64,000 nt of DNA from Candidatus Chisholmbacteria bacterium (GCA_963704905.1 CAVPHZ010000001.1:195438-259437), one strand, 5' to 3'. Counted from the first letter of the stretch, positions 50,183 through 61,170 are shown. Translations and numbers: made by a program. Notes: generated by a model not told the origin, from the sequence alone.

Positions 50183-52432
50183 TTAGTATCTGCGGCGTCT
50201 ATTAGATTGATCTCTTCTTGAGCCTTGACCTTTTCTCTGTTGTGGCCTGTCTGAATTTCTATCTTGTCTCGGTTCAATACCTGGAACGCTCAGGTTTATT
50301 CTTCCAAGATCATCAATTTCGGACACTTTCACCTTGATTGTGTCTCCGATATTTACAATTTCATTTGGACTCGAAACAAATCCTGATGCCATTTTTGAGA
50401 CGTGGAGCAATCCGTCTTTCCCTGGAAGAATCTCGACAAATGCTCCGAACGGTTCAATTCTTTTCACTATGCCATCAAACTCTTCACCCGCTTGAACTTT
50501 TCTGGTAATGCTTTTTACCCAATCCACAGCTTTTTGTAAACTTTCCGAATCAGCTCCTGACATTGTCACGGCACCTTCGTCGTCTACTTCAACACTCGCT
50601 CCGGTATCTCTCATGATTTGGCGGATCATTTTTCCACCCGGACCAATGATGTCACCTATTTGATCTTGTGCAATTTTGACAACTTCGACTTTTGGTGCAA
50701 ATCGTGATAGTTGAGCTCTTGGTGCTGGCAGAGCCTCAAACATCTTTCCCAATATATGGAGTCTTCCAACCCTGGCTTGCTCAAGAGCTTCAATGAGGAT
50801 GTCCTTTGGTATACCTTTGATTTTTACATCCATTTGAATAGCAGTAACTCCATCCTTTGTTCCGGCAACTTTAAAGTCCATGTCTCCAACATGATCTTCC
50901 ATCCCTTGAATGTCAGAAAGAATTGCATAATTTCCGATTTTCCCTTCCGATTTCTGTTCTGTGATCAGTCCCATTGCAATTCCAGCTACCGGTTTTTTTA
51001 ATGGCACACCTGCATCCATGAGTGAAAGCGTTGAACCACAAACCGATGCCATACTTGTCGAGCCATTGCTGCTTAAAATCTCTGACACCACTCGTATGGT
51101 GTAAGGAAATTCTTCTTCGGAAGGTATCATCGGCTCAAGTGCTCTCTCTGCCAGAGATCCGTGGCCTATTTCTCTCCTGGATGGCCATCCAAATCTTCCT
51201 GTTTCACCAACACTATAAGGTGGCATGTAGTAGTGATGCATATAGCGCTTGGTTCCTTCACCCTCCATGGTTTCAATCCATTGTTCAAGGGAAGGAGCTG
51301 CTAATGTGGTTATCGTAAGTGCTTGGGTGTCGCCTCGCTTAAACATAGCAGAGCCATGGGTTCGTGGAAGCAGGTTGGTGTCGCAAGTAATCTTTCGAAT
51401 TTCGTCAAGCTTTCTTCCATCGATTCTCTCTTTTGAGGAGAGCGTTTTATATCTTATTTCAGCTTTAATCAAATCAAATAGCTCATCTTTTATTTGATTT
51501 CTGTTAAATTCTGGATGAGCTGCTGCTACCGCCTCGACAACACCATCAGATTCAGATTGTGTGTTCTTTTTTTCTTTTGATTTCGGATCAGATACTTGAG
51601 CAAGTAGCTGTTTGGCGTTCTTCTTCACTGTCTTCGTAAGTTGTACATCTTTCTTTTTTATTACCAGTGGTTGTTTTTTGGTGCCAACTGCCTTTGCTAG
51701 ATCTTCGATCGTCTTAATGACTTTCTTTGTTTCAACTTTGGCAATTTCAAACGCTTCGAGTATATCTTGTTCAGACACTTCATTTGCTCCCGCCTCTACC
51801 ATAACAATAGCATCGCTTGTGGCTGTTACTACCAGATCAAGATCTGAATAATCGCGCCCAACATAGGCAGGATTGACCATGAAGTTTCCAGTTTTTTCTC
51901 CTTTTGGAGCTTCTTCCCCGTTCTTTTTCTTTTCTGCTATTTGTTGTTTGGAAATAAATCCCAAGCGGACTGAAGCAACTGGGCCTTGCCAAGGAATATG
52001 GGAAATTGCGAGGGCTGCCGACGCAGTATTTATTGCCACAATATCAGGATCATTTTCGGAGTCGACCGAGAGAATCGTTAGGACTACTTGCGTATCGCTT
52101 TTGAATTCTTTTGGAAATAACGGTCGAATGCTTCTGTCAACCAATCTTGCATTTAGTATGGCTTCATCGCTTGGTCTTCCTTCACGTTTCACCCAACGAG
52201 AACCTTTAATTCTTCCCCCTGCATAGAGTTTTTCCTGGTATTCGACAAACAGAGGAAAGTATCCAAGATCTGGACGTTCATTTCCAGTTACAACTGTTGC
52301 AAGTATCATGGTGTCACCATAACGGCCGATGACTGCAGCGCTGGCTTGACCTGCGAACCTACCTACTTCAAGTTCAAGTGTGTTCCCACCAATTTCGACT
52401 TTTCTTGTTATGATTTCTTCTGGTTTTGGCAT
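50183..52432 (-). CDS. pnp: Polyribonucleotide nucleotidyltransferase
   Basis: RLVDRSIRPLFP, RREIGHG, SNGSTSMASVC, GDMDFKVAG, KH and S1 domains. Confidence 0.97.
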   Translation of the reverse strand: MPKPEEIITRKVEIGGNTLELEVGRFAGQASAAVIGRYGDTMILATVVTGNERPDLGYFPLFVEYQEKLYAGGRIKGSRWVKREGRPSDEAILNARLVDRSIRPLFPKEFKSDTQVVLTILSVDSENDPDIVAINTASAALAISHIPWQGPVASVRLGFISKQQIAEKKKNGEEAPKGEKTGNFMVNPAYVGRDYSDLDLVVTATSDAIVMVEAGANEVSEQDILEAFEIAKVETKKVIKTIEDLAKAVGTKKQPLVIKKKDVQLTKTVKKNAKQLLAQVSDPKSKEKKNTQSESDGVVEAVAAAHPEFNRNQIKDELFDLIKAEIRYKTLSSKERIDGRKLDEIRKITCDTNLLPRTHGSAMFKRGDTQALTITTLAAPSLEQWIETMEGEGTKRYMHHYYMPPYSVGETGRFGWPSRREIGHGSLAERALEPMIPSEEEFPYTIRVVSEILSSNGSTSMASVCGSTLSLMDAGVPLKKPVAGIAMGLITEQKSEGKIGNYAILSDIQGMEDHVGDMDFKVAGTKDGVTAIQMDVKIKGIPKDILIEALEQARVGRLHILGKMFEALPAPRAQLSRFAPKVEVVKIAQDQIGDIIGPGGKMIRQIMRDTGASVEVDDEGAVTMSGADSESLQKAVDWVKSITRKVQAGEEFDGIVKRIEPFGAFVEILPGKDGLLHVSKMASGFVSSPNEIVNIGDTIKVKVSEIDDLGRINLSVPGIEPRQDRNSDRPQQRKGQGSRRDQSNRRRRY

Positions 52433-52492
52433 CTAAATATTATTTTGGAAACTCCCCGTTGAAGTCTTTCCTATCCCTTCATACCTTCGAGG

Positions 52493-52762
52493 TTATTTAC
52501 TCAGACCGAGATTATTGATTATCGATTTATACCTTGTTTCGTCTTTTTTTAGCAAGTAGTGTAACAACCTTCTTCTCTTTGAGACCATTTTTAACAACCC
52601 TCTTCTAGAGTGATTGTCTTTAAGGTGCTCCTTAAGATGTTTACTTAAGTGAGTGATGTTTTCAGTTAATAATGCAACTTGGACTTCTGGAGATCCTGTG
52701 TCTCCTTTGCCTGTGGCAAACTTTTTAATAATTTTTTTCTTTATATCTGTCGGTAGTGACAT
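52493..52762 (-). CDS. rpsO: 30S ribosomal protein S15
   Basis: [23 protein letters not shown]. Confidence 0.97.
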   Translation of the reverse strand: MSLPTDIKKKIIKKFATGKGDTGSPEVQVALLTENITHLSKHLKEHLKDNHSRRGLLKMVSKRRRLLHYLLKKDETRYKSIINNLGLSK

Positions 52763-52837
52763 ATTTCCTCTTCGAGGATATCGAGTAGGCTATTGTAACA
52801 GAGAATGATGCAACTTTGAAGATGCTTTTTTTGAAGT

Positions 52838-54028
52838 TTATTCAACCTGTGTTTTTCCTTGATAGATTTTTGGTTTCATCCACTCCTCATTTTTTTTTGG
52901 TCCTTCGTTTATTGTCTGGGATTTCTTTCCTGTTTGAAGTTGAGTGTCGATGTTTTCGTCTTGATTGTTATTTGTTTTTAGTTTTACACTCTGTGATTTT
53001 GATTGATGATCTGCAATAGGTTGAAAGGATGGTTGTTTCTGTACGGGTTCTTGATTTGGAGATTGCATGATTTGTCCTGATTGTCCTGATCGCATGTTTG
53101 ATGGATTTCCAACCTGCAATCTTGGTTCTGTATATGGTAGTGGAGGTGGCGGTGCAACGGTTGGTTGCTGGCTTGGAGATGCTTGATTCCTAAATTGTGG
53201 TTGGGCACTCACTCTTGATCCTATTGGGTCGAGTGAAGGTATTTGTTGTGGTCCAGTCCATGGGCGTTGTCTTGTTGGTTGCGTGGGACCTCCTGGTGTG
53301 CGTTTTGCTCCACTTCGCATCAGTTCGGCTACTGTTTGAAATGATTCGGCGCTTGTATACGGTGCTTGGAAATTATTTGTTTGTGCTTCTATTCCTTTGA
53401 GCAGATTATTTGCAATGTCGACATTCACAGGTAAATTTACGTTTTTCATGAGGTGGAAGATCATTTCACTAATCGATCCCGCTTTTGGATCAACGATGTT
53501 GACCTGACCGTAATTTGAATTGGCAGCATTGCGATCAATGTTGATTACTGTCGCGTTTGAGAACGCTTGGCGATTTTTTTCGTACATCTCACCAAGGTTT
53601 TCTAACTTCTGACTACCGACAATAATCATAAGCTCTACATCGATACCTTCATATGAAAAGTTAACGCTATTTTGATCCAAGGGTGGGTATCCAGGTCGTG
53701 GTTGAATAACCAAGTTAAATTTCTCTCCTTCAACGTTGTAACTTACTTTCTCTATTGAATCTTCTTTGTAATCGAAAGAGATGATGAGGTTTCGATTTCC
53801 AATTTTATCTGAGATTTTGTCAATTCCTACAAGACGGCTATATTCCACCTGCATTTGACTAGGAGAGCCGATGGTTACGTTTTTCTTTGCCTCACGTATA
53901 CTGAGGAACAAGGCTAACCCAGCAGCAGTAGCGTCGAGACTAGGATTTTGTGGAAGAAGAACAAAAACGCTCTTTGCTGAATCGAGCGCTTTCTTCGCCT
54001 CTTCGGTTAAAGTTTGTCCATTTGCCAT
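52838..54028 (-). CDS. Degenerate DHH-family (NrnA-like) protein with Pro/Gln-rich C-terminal tail
   Basis: DHH fold pattern with catalytic residues lost: NPSLDA, INIDRNAANSNYG, SISEMI, LLKGIEAQTNNF; after infB. Confidence 0.75.
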   Translation of the reverse strand: MANGQTLTEEAKKALDSAKSVFVLLPQNPSLDATAAGLALFLSIREAKKNVTIGSPSQMQVEYSRLVGIDKISDKIGNRNLIISFDYKEDSIEKVSYNVEGEKFNLVIQPRPGYPPLDQNSVNFSYEGIDVELMIIVGSQKLENLGEMYEKNRQAFSNATVINIDRNAANSNYGQVNIVDPKAGSISEMIFHLMKNVNLPVNVDIANNLLKGIEAQTNNFQAPYTSAESFQTVAELMRSGAKRTPGGPTQPTRQRPWTGPQQIPSLDPIGSRVSAQPQFRNQASPSQQPTVAPPPPLPYTEPRLQVGNPSNMRSGQSGQIMQSPNQEPVQKQPSFQPIADHQSKSQSVKLKTNNNQDENIDTQLQTGKKSQTINEGPKKNEEWMKPKIYQGKTQVE

Positions 54029-54032
54029 ATAA

Positions 54033-55613
54033 TTATACGTCTTCGTCAATTATTCTATAGGATATTATAACATCTTTAACTCTAAAGTCAACTCGAGGTT
54101 TAAATGTTATTCCACACTCATTCCCTGCTTTTACTTTGTCAATTTTTTCTTGCTCACGTTGTAATGACTTGATTTTTGTATCTGAAATAATTTCATCGTC
54201 TCTCTTAATATGAATTGGTAATGTTTTGTCGATTTCACCTGTTTTTACTTTACACCCTGCAATTTTTTCGTCTTTCATCTCAAATACTGCTATTACTTCT
54301 GCTTCACCAACTACTTCTTCATCTATGGTCGGCTCAAGTATTTTGAGTACTTGTTTCTCCAAGTCCTCGAAAAGCTTATAGATTATTCGATAGGATCTTA
54401 TCTTCACTTTTTCTATCTCAGCAAGACGTTTTGCTGAGCTAGCTATTTTTGTATTGAAAGCGATTATTGTGGCTTTGGTTGTGTCTGCTAGAAGCACGTC
54501 AGATTCCGTCACCTCACCCACACTTTTGCTAATAATCTCCACTTCGTCTGATAAATTTGAAGTAATTGCTTCGAGTGTTCCGGCAACATCTGCTATTAAC
54601 ACTATTTTGATGGATTGCTTTTCGTCTTCTTCATTTTCTTCGGTATCCTCACCTTCTTCTTTTGTCTCTTTTTTTGTTAAGGATTTTTTAGAAACCTCTG
54701 TAACTGGCTGTACAGGGTCTTGCTTTGACTCTGACATTGACGCATCTCCAATTATCAGTCCAACCAGAGGCATTGTTTTAAATCCCATCAGTTCTATCGG
54801 AGTGCTCGGACCGGCTTCTGTCACCGCTCTTCCGTGTTCATCAGTTAATGATCGTACACGTATCTTCTGTCCACCAATTTCGAGTTCTGATCCGACCTTT
54901 AAGGTTCCATTTTTTACGAGCAGTGATGCGATTATTCCTTTTTGTTTATCCTGATGAGTTTCAATGACAACCGCTTTGAGTTTTCCTTTTGGATCAGCCA
55001 GTCTCTCCTTTAAGTCACTTACTAGAAGGATCATATCGAGTAATTGGTTGAGATTTTTGCCAGTCTTGGCTGAGACTTCCACTGTTACCACATCTCCACC
55101 GTATGACTCAACAACAACTCCATCCTCTGCAAGTTGCCCTTTAAGTCGTTCTATGTTTATGTCAGGTAAATCTATTTTATTTATGGCTATGAGGAATGGG
55201 ACACCTGCTGCCTTGATGTGAGAGAGTGCCTCTCGTGTCTGTGGTTTGACACCATCATTGGCTGCAATCACAAGAACCACAACATCTGTCACCTGAGATC
55301 CCTGTGCACGCATCTTAGCGAACGCGGCGTGTCCTGGAGTGTCGATAAATGTGATCTGCCTATTTTTGTGAACAACCCTATAGGCGCCGATGTGCTGCGT
55401 TATTCCGCCATGTTCTGTGGAAACAACGTCAGACTTTCGAATAGCATCCAGCAGTGTTGTTTTTCCATGGTCGACATGACCCATAAAGGTTACAACTGGT
55501 GGACGACTGTGTTGAGATTTAGTTGAAGTACTTTTGGATTTTATTGTACTTTTTGGGGAAGTCGTTTTTTTGGTTTGTTTTCTTCTGGAGGTTGTTTCTT
55601 TCTTTTGTTTCAT
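54033..55613 (-). CDS. infB: Translation initiation factor IF-2 (short)
   Basis: [40 protein letters not shown]. Confidence 0.96.
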   Translation of the reverse strand: MKQKKETTSRRKQTKKTTSPKSTIKSKSTSTKSQHSRPPVVTFMGHVDHGKTTLLDAIRKSDVVSTEHGGITQHIGAYRVVHKNRQITFIDTPGHAAFAKMRAQGSQVTDVVVLVIAANDGVKPQTREALSHIKAAGVPFLIAINKIDLPDINIERLKGQLAEDGVVVESYGGDVVTVEVSAKTGKNLNQLLDMILLVSDLKERLADPKGKLKAVVIETHQDKQKGIIASLLVKNGTLKVGSELEIGGQKIRVRSLTDEHGRAVTEAGPSTPIELMGFKTMPLVGLIIGDASMSESKQDPVQPVTEVSKKSLTKKETKEEGEDTEENEEDEKQSIKIVLIADVAGTLEAITSNLSDEVEIISKSVGEVTESDVLLADTTKATIIAFNTKIASSAKRLAEIEKVKIRSYRIIYKLFEDLEKQVLKILEPTIDEEVVGEAEVIAVFEMKDEKIAGCKVKTGEIDKTLPIHIKRDDEIISDTKIKSLQREQEKIDKVKAGNECGITFKPRVDFRVKDVIISYRIIDEDV

Positions 55614-55698
55614 GGTTAAAGATTCTCTTACTATTTTTGAGATCGTGCCTGTTGCTTGGGCTGCCTTCGACAATATTTGAGATGACAAAACGCATCAT

Positions 55699-56922
55699 TT
55701 AAGTTTTATCTTTCTCATCCTTATCCGCTTTTTTTTGTTTATCCTTTGCGGTATCGGGTTTCAATTTCTTCAATATCTCTTTTAACGCCTTTGGGCCAAG
55801 ACCTTTAATTTCTTTGAGTCCAGTCTCTCCTCTTTCCTTGAGAACTTCTATGGTGGTTAGATTCGCTTCTACAAGAGCATTTCTCACTCTAGTAGAAAGT
55901 TCGAGAGTGTCGATTTCAAATTCTTCTTCACCAGTGACAGAAATGGCTTTTTCTCCCGATTCACCTTGAATGTCGATTTTATAGTCTGTCAGTTTTGCAG
56001 CTAGACGAACATTTTGCCCGCCTCTTCCAATAGCAAGAGAGAGTTGATCATCTGGAATTGTTACGGTTGCTTTTTTCTTTTTCTCATTGATCTCGACCTT
56101 TATACCTTCGGCGGGAGCGAGGGCTGACGTTATAAATGTCGTAGTATTTTCTGAAAATTGGATAATATCAATTTTTTCTCCACCCAATTCGTTGATGACT
56201 GCTTGTACACGAACTCCTCGTTGTCCCACACATGAACCTACAGGATCCACCCCTTCTTGAGTTGAATCAACAGCAATTTTTGTCCGGTGTCCTGGCTCTC
56301 TGGCAATCGCTTTTATCACAACTGCTCCAGATGATACTTCGGGAACTTCCCGTCGGAATAAATCTTCAACGAGACCTGGATCTGCTCGAGAAACAATGAT
56401 GGTTTTACCTCTCATGGTCTCACGTATGTCAACGATATACACAGCCAGGCGTTGATTCAATTTATATCTTTCAGTTCTAACCTGCTCCTGGGAGGGCATG
56501 ACCCCTTGTCCTCGACCAATATCGATAATTATGTTCGGACCGTCGAATCGGAGCACCATACCATTTACTATGGTTTTAACTTTTTGTGAGTATTCATCGA
56601 TGATTGCGTCTTTTTCTGCTTCGCGAACACGCTGGAGAATTACCTGTTTGGCTGTTTGAGCTGCAATTCGACCAAATCCAGGTGGAGTAACATCTACATT
56701 CTTACCCTCCTCGTCGACTCTGAAAATTCTTGCTGCACCAGTCGCAGGATCAAGCTCAACATCGTAGTCAATCTCCTCCTCAACACCAATGTCTTTTCTG
56801 TAGGCTGCAAGAATAGCAGCTTGGATGGTTTCGAGAACCACTTCTGGTTCAATGCCTCGCTCAGCGCAGATTTGATTTAGTGCGGCCGCGAACTCTGTTC
56901 GGGCGCTTGTTGATGTTGCCAT
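55699..56922 (-). CDS. nusA: Transcription factor NusA with C-terminal alpha-CTD-like domain
   Basis: FGRIAAQTAKQVI, AREPGHRTKIAV, GSCVG, LAIGRGGQNVRLA. Confidence 0.96.
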   Translation of the reverse strand: MATSTSARTEFAAALNQICAERGIEPEVVLETIQAAILAAYRKDIGVEEEIDYDVELDPATGAARIFRVDEEGKNVDVTPPGFGRIAAQTAKQVILQRVREAEKDAIIDEYSQKVKTIVNGMVLRFDGPNIIIDIGRGQGVMPSQEQVRTERYKLNQRLAVYIVDIRETMRGKTIIVSRADPGLVEDLFRREVPEVSSGAVVIKAIAREPGHRTKIAVDSTQEGVDPVGSCVGQRGVRVQAVINELGGEKIDIIQFSENTTTFITSALAPAEGIKVEINEKKKKATVTIPDDQLSLAIGRGGQNVRLAAKLTDYKIDIQGESGEKAISVTGEEEFEIDTLELSTRVRNALVEANLTTIEVLKERGETGLKEIKGLGPKALKEILKKLKPDTAKDKQKKADKDEKDKT

Positions 56923-56944
56923 ATTTTTTCTTCTTCTTTTTAAC

Positions 56945-56968
56945 AAAAAAGGCGGGTATTCCCACCTC
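56945..56968 (-). terminator. rimP/nusA-leader-type terminator
   Basis: Minus strand GAGGTGGG-AATA-CCCGCCTT-TTTT between promoter and nusA. Confidence 0.7.
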
Positions 56969-56994
56969 TTTCCATTTCTTTCCGAATCTTTCGT

Positions 56995-57023
56995 AGTTTA
57001 TCACCAAACGTCTTTTAGGTCAA
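56995..57023 (-). promoter_or_regulatory. sigma70-type promoter of nusA operon
   Basis: TTGACC-17 nt-TAAACT with TG extension. Confidence 0.6.
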
Positions 57024-57059
57024 CTCATTCAAGATTGGATTTATATTATCATTAATTAT

Positions 57060-57950
57060 TCATTCCTCATTGATGATTGATGCTAGTTTTTGAAATAGTT
57101 TTTTTTGTTCCTGGTTTAATTTGTCTGGAACCTTGACGATAATGCGGATGTATTGATCACCACGACCACGACCATGAATATGTTTCACACCTTCACTTCT
57201 TAAACGAACCATGGCTCCAGGCTGTGTTCCAGGACGGATTTTTAGCTTTAATTTGCCATCGAGGGTTGGAATTTCAGTTGTTCCCCCAAGTGTTGCTACG
57301 GTGAAGGGAATTTCATGATTGACAAAAACGTCGACGCCATCACGTTTGAATGTATCGTGAGGTTTGACGTCGATGGTGACATCAAACTCTTTAAACTGAA
57401 TTCGAGTACCATCATCAGCTCCGGCGGGAATTTTTATTTTTCTTTCTTTTCCGTCTATTGTTACCGTCTTTTCCACACCGTTCACTGCTTCCATAAAATC
57501 TATCGTTAATCCATACCTCGGTCTGGCTGGTTCTCGACTAAATGGTGAAGCTCCACCAAAAAATGACTCAAAAATTTCGAATGGATCTGAAAATCCCCCA
57601 AAATCTGCTCCTTGGAAAGGATTTCCGCCAGTGGTATATGTGTATGTAAATGGACCTGATCGATGGGTTCCTCCTGAGTTTCCGGCCCCTCCAAATGGTC
57701 CACCTGCATATCCGCCTGAGGCTGGGTCAAAGGCTGCGTGACCGAACTGGTCATATAATTGTTTCTTTTTTGAATCAGAGAGAATTTCGTAGGCTTCGTT
57801 GACTTCTTTGAATTTATCCTCTGCGTCAGACGCTTTGTTGCGATCTGGATGAAACTCTAAGGCTTTCTTTCGATACGCCTTTTTTAATTCATCTGCTGAA
57901 GCGGTTTTTGAAACACCAAGAATATCGTAGTAATCACGCTTAGTTGGCAT
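57060..57950 (-). CDS. dnaJ: DnaJ co-chaperone (no zinc finger, class B)
   Basis: [13 protein letters not shown] region, C-terminal domain; no CxxCxGxG repeats. Confidence 0.92.
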   Translation of the reverse strand: MPTKRDYYDILGVSKTASADELKKAYRKKALEFHPDRNKASDAEDKFKEVNEAYEILSDSKKKQLYDQFGHAAFDPASGGYAGGPFGGAGNSGGTHRSGPFTYTYTTGGNPFQGADFGGFSDPFEIFESFFGGASPFSREPARPRYGLTIDFMEAVNGVEKTVTIDGKERKIKIPAGADDGTRIQFKEFDVTIDVKPHDTFKRDGVDVFVNHEIPFTVATLGGTTEIPTLDGKLKLKIRPGTQPGAMVRLRSEGVKHIHGRGRGDQYIRIIVKVPDKLNQEQKKLFQKLASIINEE

Positions 57951-57981
57951 GGAATCATTGTAGCAAGGAAGACTGAAGCGT

Positions 57982-59913
57982 TTAGTCCTTTACCACTTCT
58001 CCTTCTTCGGCTTCTTCCTTTCCTTTTTTTTCATCAGACTGCTTTTTCTTAGCTTTATCTTTTCCCTTTTTCTTTATTTCTTCTTCCCCTTTTTGAGGTT
58101 CGTCTTCTTTTGCCTGTTCGTACAATGCAGTGCCGACTTTTTGTAACTCGTCTGAAAGTTCCTTTGAGACTTCCTCTATCTCAGATTGTTTCACTTCTTG
58201 TTTTTCGAGGGTTTCTTTGACTTTCTTGACTTTGTCTTCAATCTTGGCTTTGTCTTCTCTTTTCAGCTTTTCACCAGCGTCTTTTATGGTTTTCTCTGCT
58301 GTGAAGACTAAGGCGTCAGCTTGATTTCGAGCTTCGACTTGCTCTTTTTTCTGTTTATCTTCCTCTGCATGCTTTTCTGCCTCCGCTTTCATTTTTTCGA
58401 CCTCATCGTCCGTGAGTTGGGTTGCGTTTTTAATGGAAATCTTCTGTTCCTTTCCGGTCGCCTTATCTTTGGCTGAAACATTCAAGATTCCGTTACTATC
58501 GATGTCAAATGTCACTTCAACCTGTGGAATACCACGTGGAGCAGGTGGAATTCCATCAAGAATAAATCGTCCAAGCGATTTGTTGTCTGTCGCCATTGGA
58601 CGTTCACCTTGGACTACATGAACTTCAACTTGGGTTTGATTATCGGCAGCTGTTGAAAAAATCTGCGATTTTTTTGCTGGAATTGTGGTATTTCGTTCAA
58701 TAAGTGGTGTCGCAACTTGGCCAAGCGTCTCGATGCCAAGCGTTAATGGTGTTACGTCTAAAAGCAGCACATCTTTTACGTCGCCAGCAAGTACACCACC
58801 TTGAATGGCAGCTCCAACGGCAACAACTTCGTCAGGATTAACACCTTTGTGAGGTTCTCTTTCAAAGAAACCCTGAACTACTTCCTGAATTTTTGGCATC
58901 CGAGTTTGACCGCCAACCAGAATGATTTCGTCGATATCGCTGACCTCAAGTTTTGCATCTTTTAAGCATGCTTTAACTGGCTTCATGGTTTTTTCAATCA
59001 GATCATCAACCAACTGTTCCAGTTTTGCCCGAGTGAGCTTTACAGTGAGGTGGAGTGGATTATGATCACTACCTTGGGTAATGAATGGTTGATTGATCTC
59101 AGTTTCCTGGCTACTTGAAAGTTCGATCTTGGCTTTTTCTGCAGCATCTCTTAAGCGCTGGAGTGCTTGTTTGTCTTTGCGAAGATCGATACCGTTTTCT
59201 TTTTTAAACTCATCGGCTAGCCAGTCAACAATACGTTTGTCAAAATCATCTCCACCCAAGAATGTATCACCATTGGTAGCTTTAACTTCAAACACTCCGT
59301 CGCCGATTTCAAGAATTGAGATATCGAACGTTCCTCCACCTAGATCATAGATGGCAATTTTCCCTGATTTCTTTTTATCCAATCCGTATGCTAGAGCCGC
59401 AGCAGTTGGTTCATTAATAATTCGTTCAACCGTTAGGCCGGCAATTTCTCCTGCTTGTTTGGTTGCTTGTCTTTGAGAATCGTCAAAATAGGCTGGGACA
59501 GTTACCACAGCTTTTTCCACCTTTTCTCCGAGATAGGCCTCGGCGTCGACTTTGGCTTTTTGCAAAATCTTGGCCGAAATTTCTTGCGGGGTATATTCCT
59601 TTCCGTCTACTTCAACTGCGGCCATTTTTTCTTTTCCAGACACTATTTTGTATGACACCATTTCTATGGACTTTTTAACCATGTCGTCACTAAATCTTCG
59701 GCCCATTAAACGCTTGACGCTATAGATTGTTTTTTCAGGATTCAAGATCATTTGCCGTTTGGCAACATCACCGACAAGGTTCTTTGTGGGTTCTACCACT
59801 GAAGGAATAAGATTTCTCCCTTCGGCTGTTGGAATGACTTTTGGTTTCCCACCCTCCATTACCGCGACTGCTGAGTTGGTTGTTCCTAAATCTATACCAA
59901 TAATTTTTGCCAT
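57982..59913 (-). CDS. dnaK: Chaperone DnaK
   Basis: [27 protein letters not shown]. Confidence 0.98.
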   Translation of the reverse strand: MAKIIGIDLGTTNSAVAVMEGGKPKVIPTAEGRNLIPSVVEPTKNLVGDVAKRQMILNPEKTIYSVKRLMGRRFSDDMVKKSIEMVSYKIVSGKEKMAAVEVDGKEYTPQEISAKILQKAKVDAEAYLGEKVEKAVVTVPAYFDDSQRQATKQAGEIAGLTVERIINEPTAAALAYGLDKKKSGKIAIYDLGGGTFDISILEIGDGVFEVKATNGDTFLGGDDFDKRIVDWLADEFKKENGIDLRKDKQALQRLRDAAEKAKIELSSSQETEINQPFITQGSDHNPLHLTVKLTRAKLEQLVDDLIEKTMKPVKACLKDAKLEVSDIDEIILVGGQTRMPKIQEVVQGFFEREPHKGVNPDEVVAVGAAIQGGVLAGDVKDVLLLDVTPLTLGIETLGQVATPLIERNTTIPAKKSQIFSTAADNQTQVEVHVVQGERPMATDNKSLGRFILDGIPPAPRGIPQVEVTFDIDSNGILNVSAKDKATGKEQKISIKNATQLTDDEVEKMKAEAEKHAEEDKQKKEQVEARNQADALVFTAEKTIKDAGEKLKREDKAKIEDKVKKVKETLEKQEVKQSEIEEVSKELSDELQKVGTALYEQAKEDEPQKGEEEIKKKGKDKAKKKQSDEKKGKEEAEEGEVVKD

Positions 59914-59923
59914 GTTTCCTCCT

Positions 59924-60376
59924 TTATTTATGACCAGTGCCTACTTCAACTTTAACAGGTCTGATAACGCGATCGTATAGTTTATATCCTTTTAATTGGA
60001 TGTTCACTACTTTGTTTTTTTTGCCGGGAACCATTTCCACGCAGTCCATGGTTTCCGGATCAAATTCTTTGTTTAATGCTTCTATTTCTTCTACGCCTTC
60101 TGATTCGAGTACCTCCTGAAATTGTTCGATGATTAGCTCTATTCCTTTTTCTTTTATATGAACTACTGCTCTTTCTAGGTCATCCAACACACCTAAGAGT
60201 TTGTCGATCAAGCTGGCAGTAGCAAGTTTGACAAATTTCTTTTGCTGATGATCAATGCGTTTTTCAAGGTTATGATAATCTGCTAATGCCCGTCTCCAGT
60301 TTTCTTCGAGTTCTTTAGTTCTTATTTCTAGGTCATTAACTGTTGTATTCTTTTTGCTATTCTTATCTTTTCCCAT
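59924..60376 (-). CDS. grpE: Nucleotide exchange factor GrpE
   Basis: [24 protein letters not shown]. Confidence 0.93.
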   Translation of the reverse strand: MGKDKNSKKNTTVNDLEIRTKELEENWRRALADYHNLEKRIDHQQKKFVKLATASLIDKLLGVLDDLERAVVHIKEKGIELIIEQFQEVLESEGVEEIEALNKEFDPETMDCVEMVPGKKNKVVNIQLKGYKLYDRVIRPVKVEVGTGHK

Positions 60377-60441
60377 ATCAATCTTTATCGCCCTTATTAA
60401 CACGTTTCTTCCATTGTAAACACAATTTTATCGGAAAGGTA

Positions 60442-61170
60442 TTAGTTCCAGTCTTTTGCTATTTCGTTGATGAGAGTTCCAAAATAGCGAACCATAGGAA
60501 TAACATATGGATAATTGAGACGTGTTGGCCCTATCACTCCTAATGATCCTGACCGTTTTCCTGCAGAAAAACGAGTGAATACCATTCCGACTGGTTCGAA
60601 ATATCTATGTCCTAATTCCTCACCAACTAGAATGTGAATGTCTTCATCAGACAACGATTGATTAAAAAGATTAAGTAGACTCTGAGTCTCGTCTAACAAT
60701 GAAAGTACAGATCGCGTTACATCGATGTCGAAGAACTCTGGCATGTCTAATATGTTTGCATACCCAGCATGATAGACCATCTGATCATCAGAAGCTGCTA
60801 CCGATAAAGCACCGGTTCTCTCAGAGAGACATTGGGTTGCTTCACGAAGGAGTTTTTCCATCTCAAATCGCTGGTCCCATATACGTTCTTTGACTGAAAC
60901 TTCTTCAGAGACGGAGAGTTGTTGCTCCTTCATGAGGTCACTAATGTAGTGCTTAATCGCCATGGGGCTAGGAATTCTTCCAGCAGAAGTATGTGGTTGC
61001 TTGAGAAACCCTTGATTGGTTAGTTCCACCATCTCATTTCGAATGGTTGCTGGAGATATTCCAAGGTTGTACTTCTTATCAAGTGTTTCGGAGCCCACAG
61101 GTTGGGCTGTTTCAGTAAACTCCTCGATAATACATTTTAATATTTGGGTCTGGCGGTCTGTGATATTCAT
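60442..61170 (-). CDS. hrcA: Heat-inducible repressor HrcA (short form)
   Basis: PVGS, SPATIRNEM, PHTSAGRIP, GVIGPTRLNY. Confidence 0.93.
   Translation of the reverse strand: MNITDRQTQILKCIIEEFTETAQPVGSETLDKKYNLGISPATIRNEMVELTNQGFLKQPHTSAGRIPSPMAIKHYISDLMKEQQLSVSEEVSVKERIWDQRFEMEKLLREATQCLSERTGALSVAASDDQMVYHAGYANILDMPEFFDIDVTRSVLSLLDETQSLLNLFNQSLSDEDIHILVGEELGHRYFEPVGMVFTRFSAGKRSGSLGVIGPTRLNYPYVIPMVRYFGTLINEIAKDWN

Noticed and set aside
52433-52800. Small hairpins and a repeated CCTCGAAG in the rpsO and pnp leaders
   Set aside because: Could be S15 or PNPase autoregulatory elements, but the stems are short and the 8-mer repeat is within chance expectation
54454-54954. Numerous 60-170 aa plus-strand ORFs overlapping infB, rpoBC, dnaK and ribosomal genes
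   Set aside because: Antisense shadows of conserved genes, with Ser/Phe-rich composition typical of reverse frames
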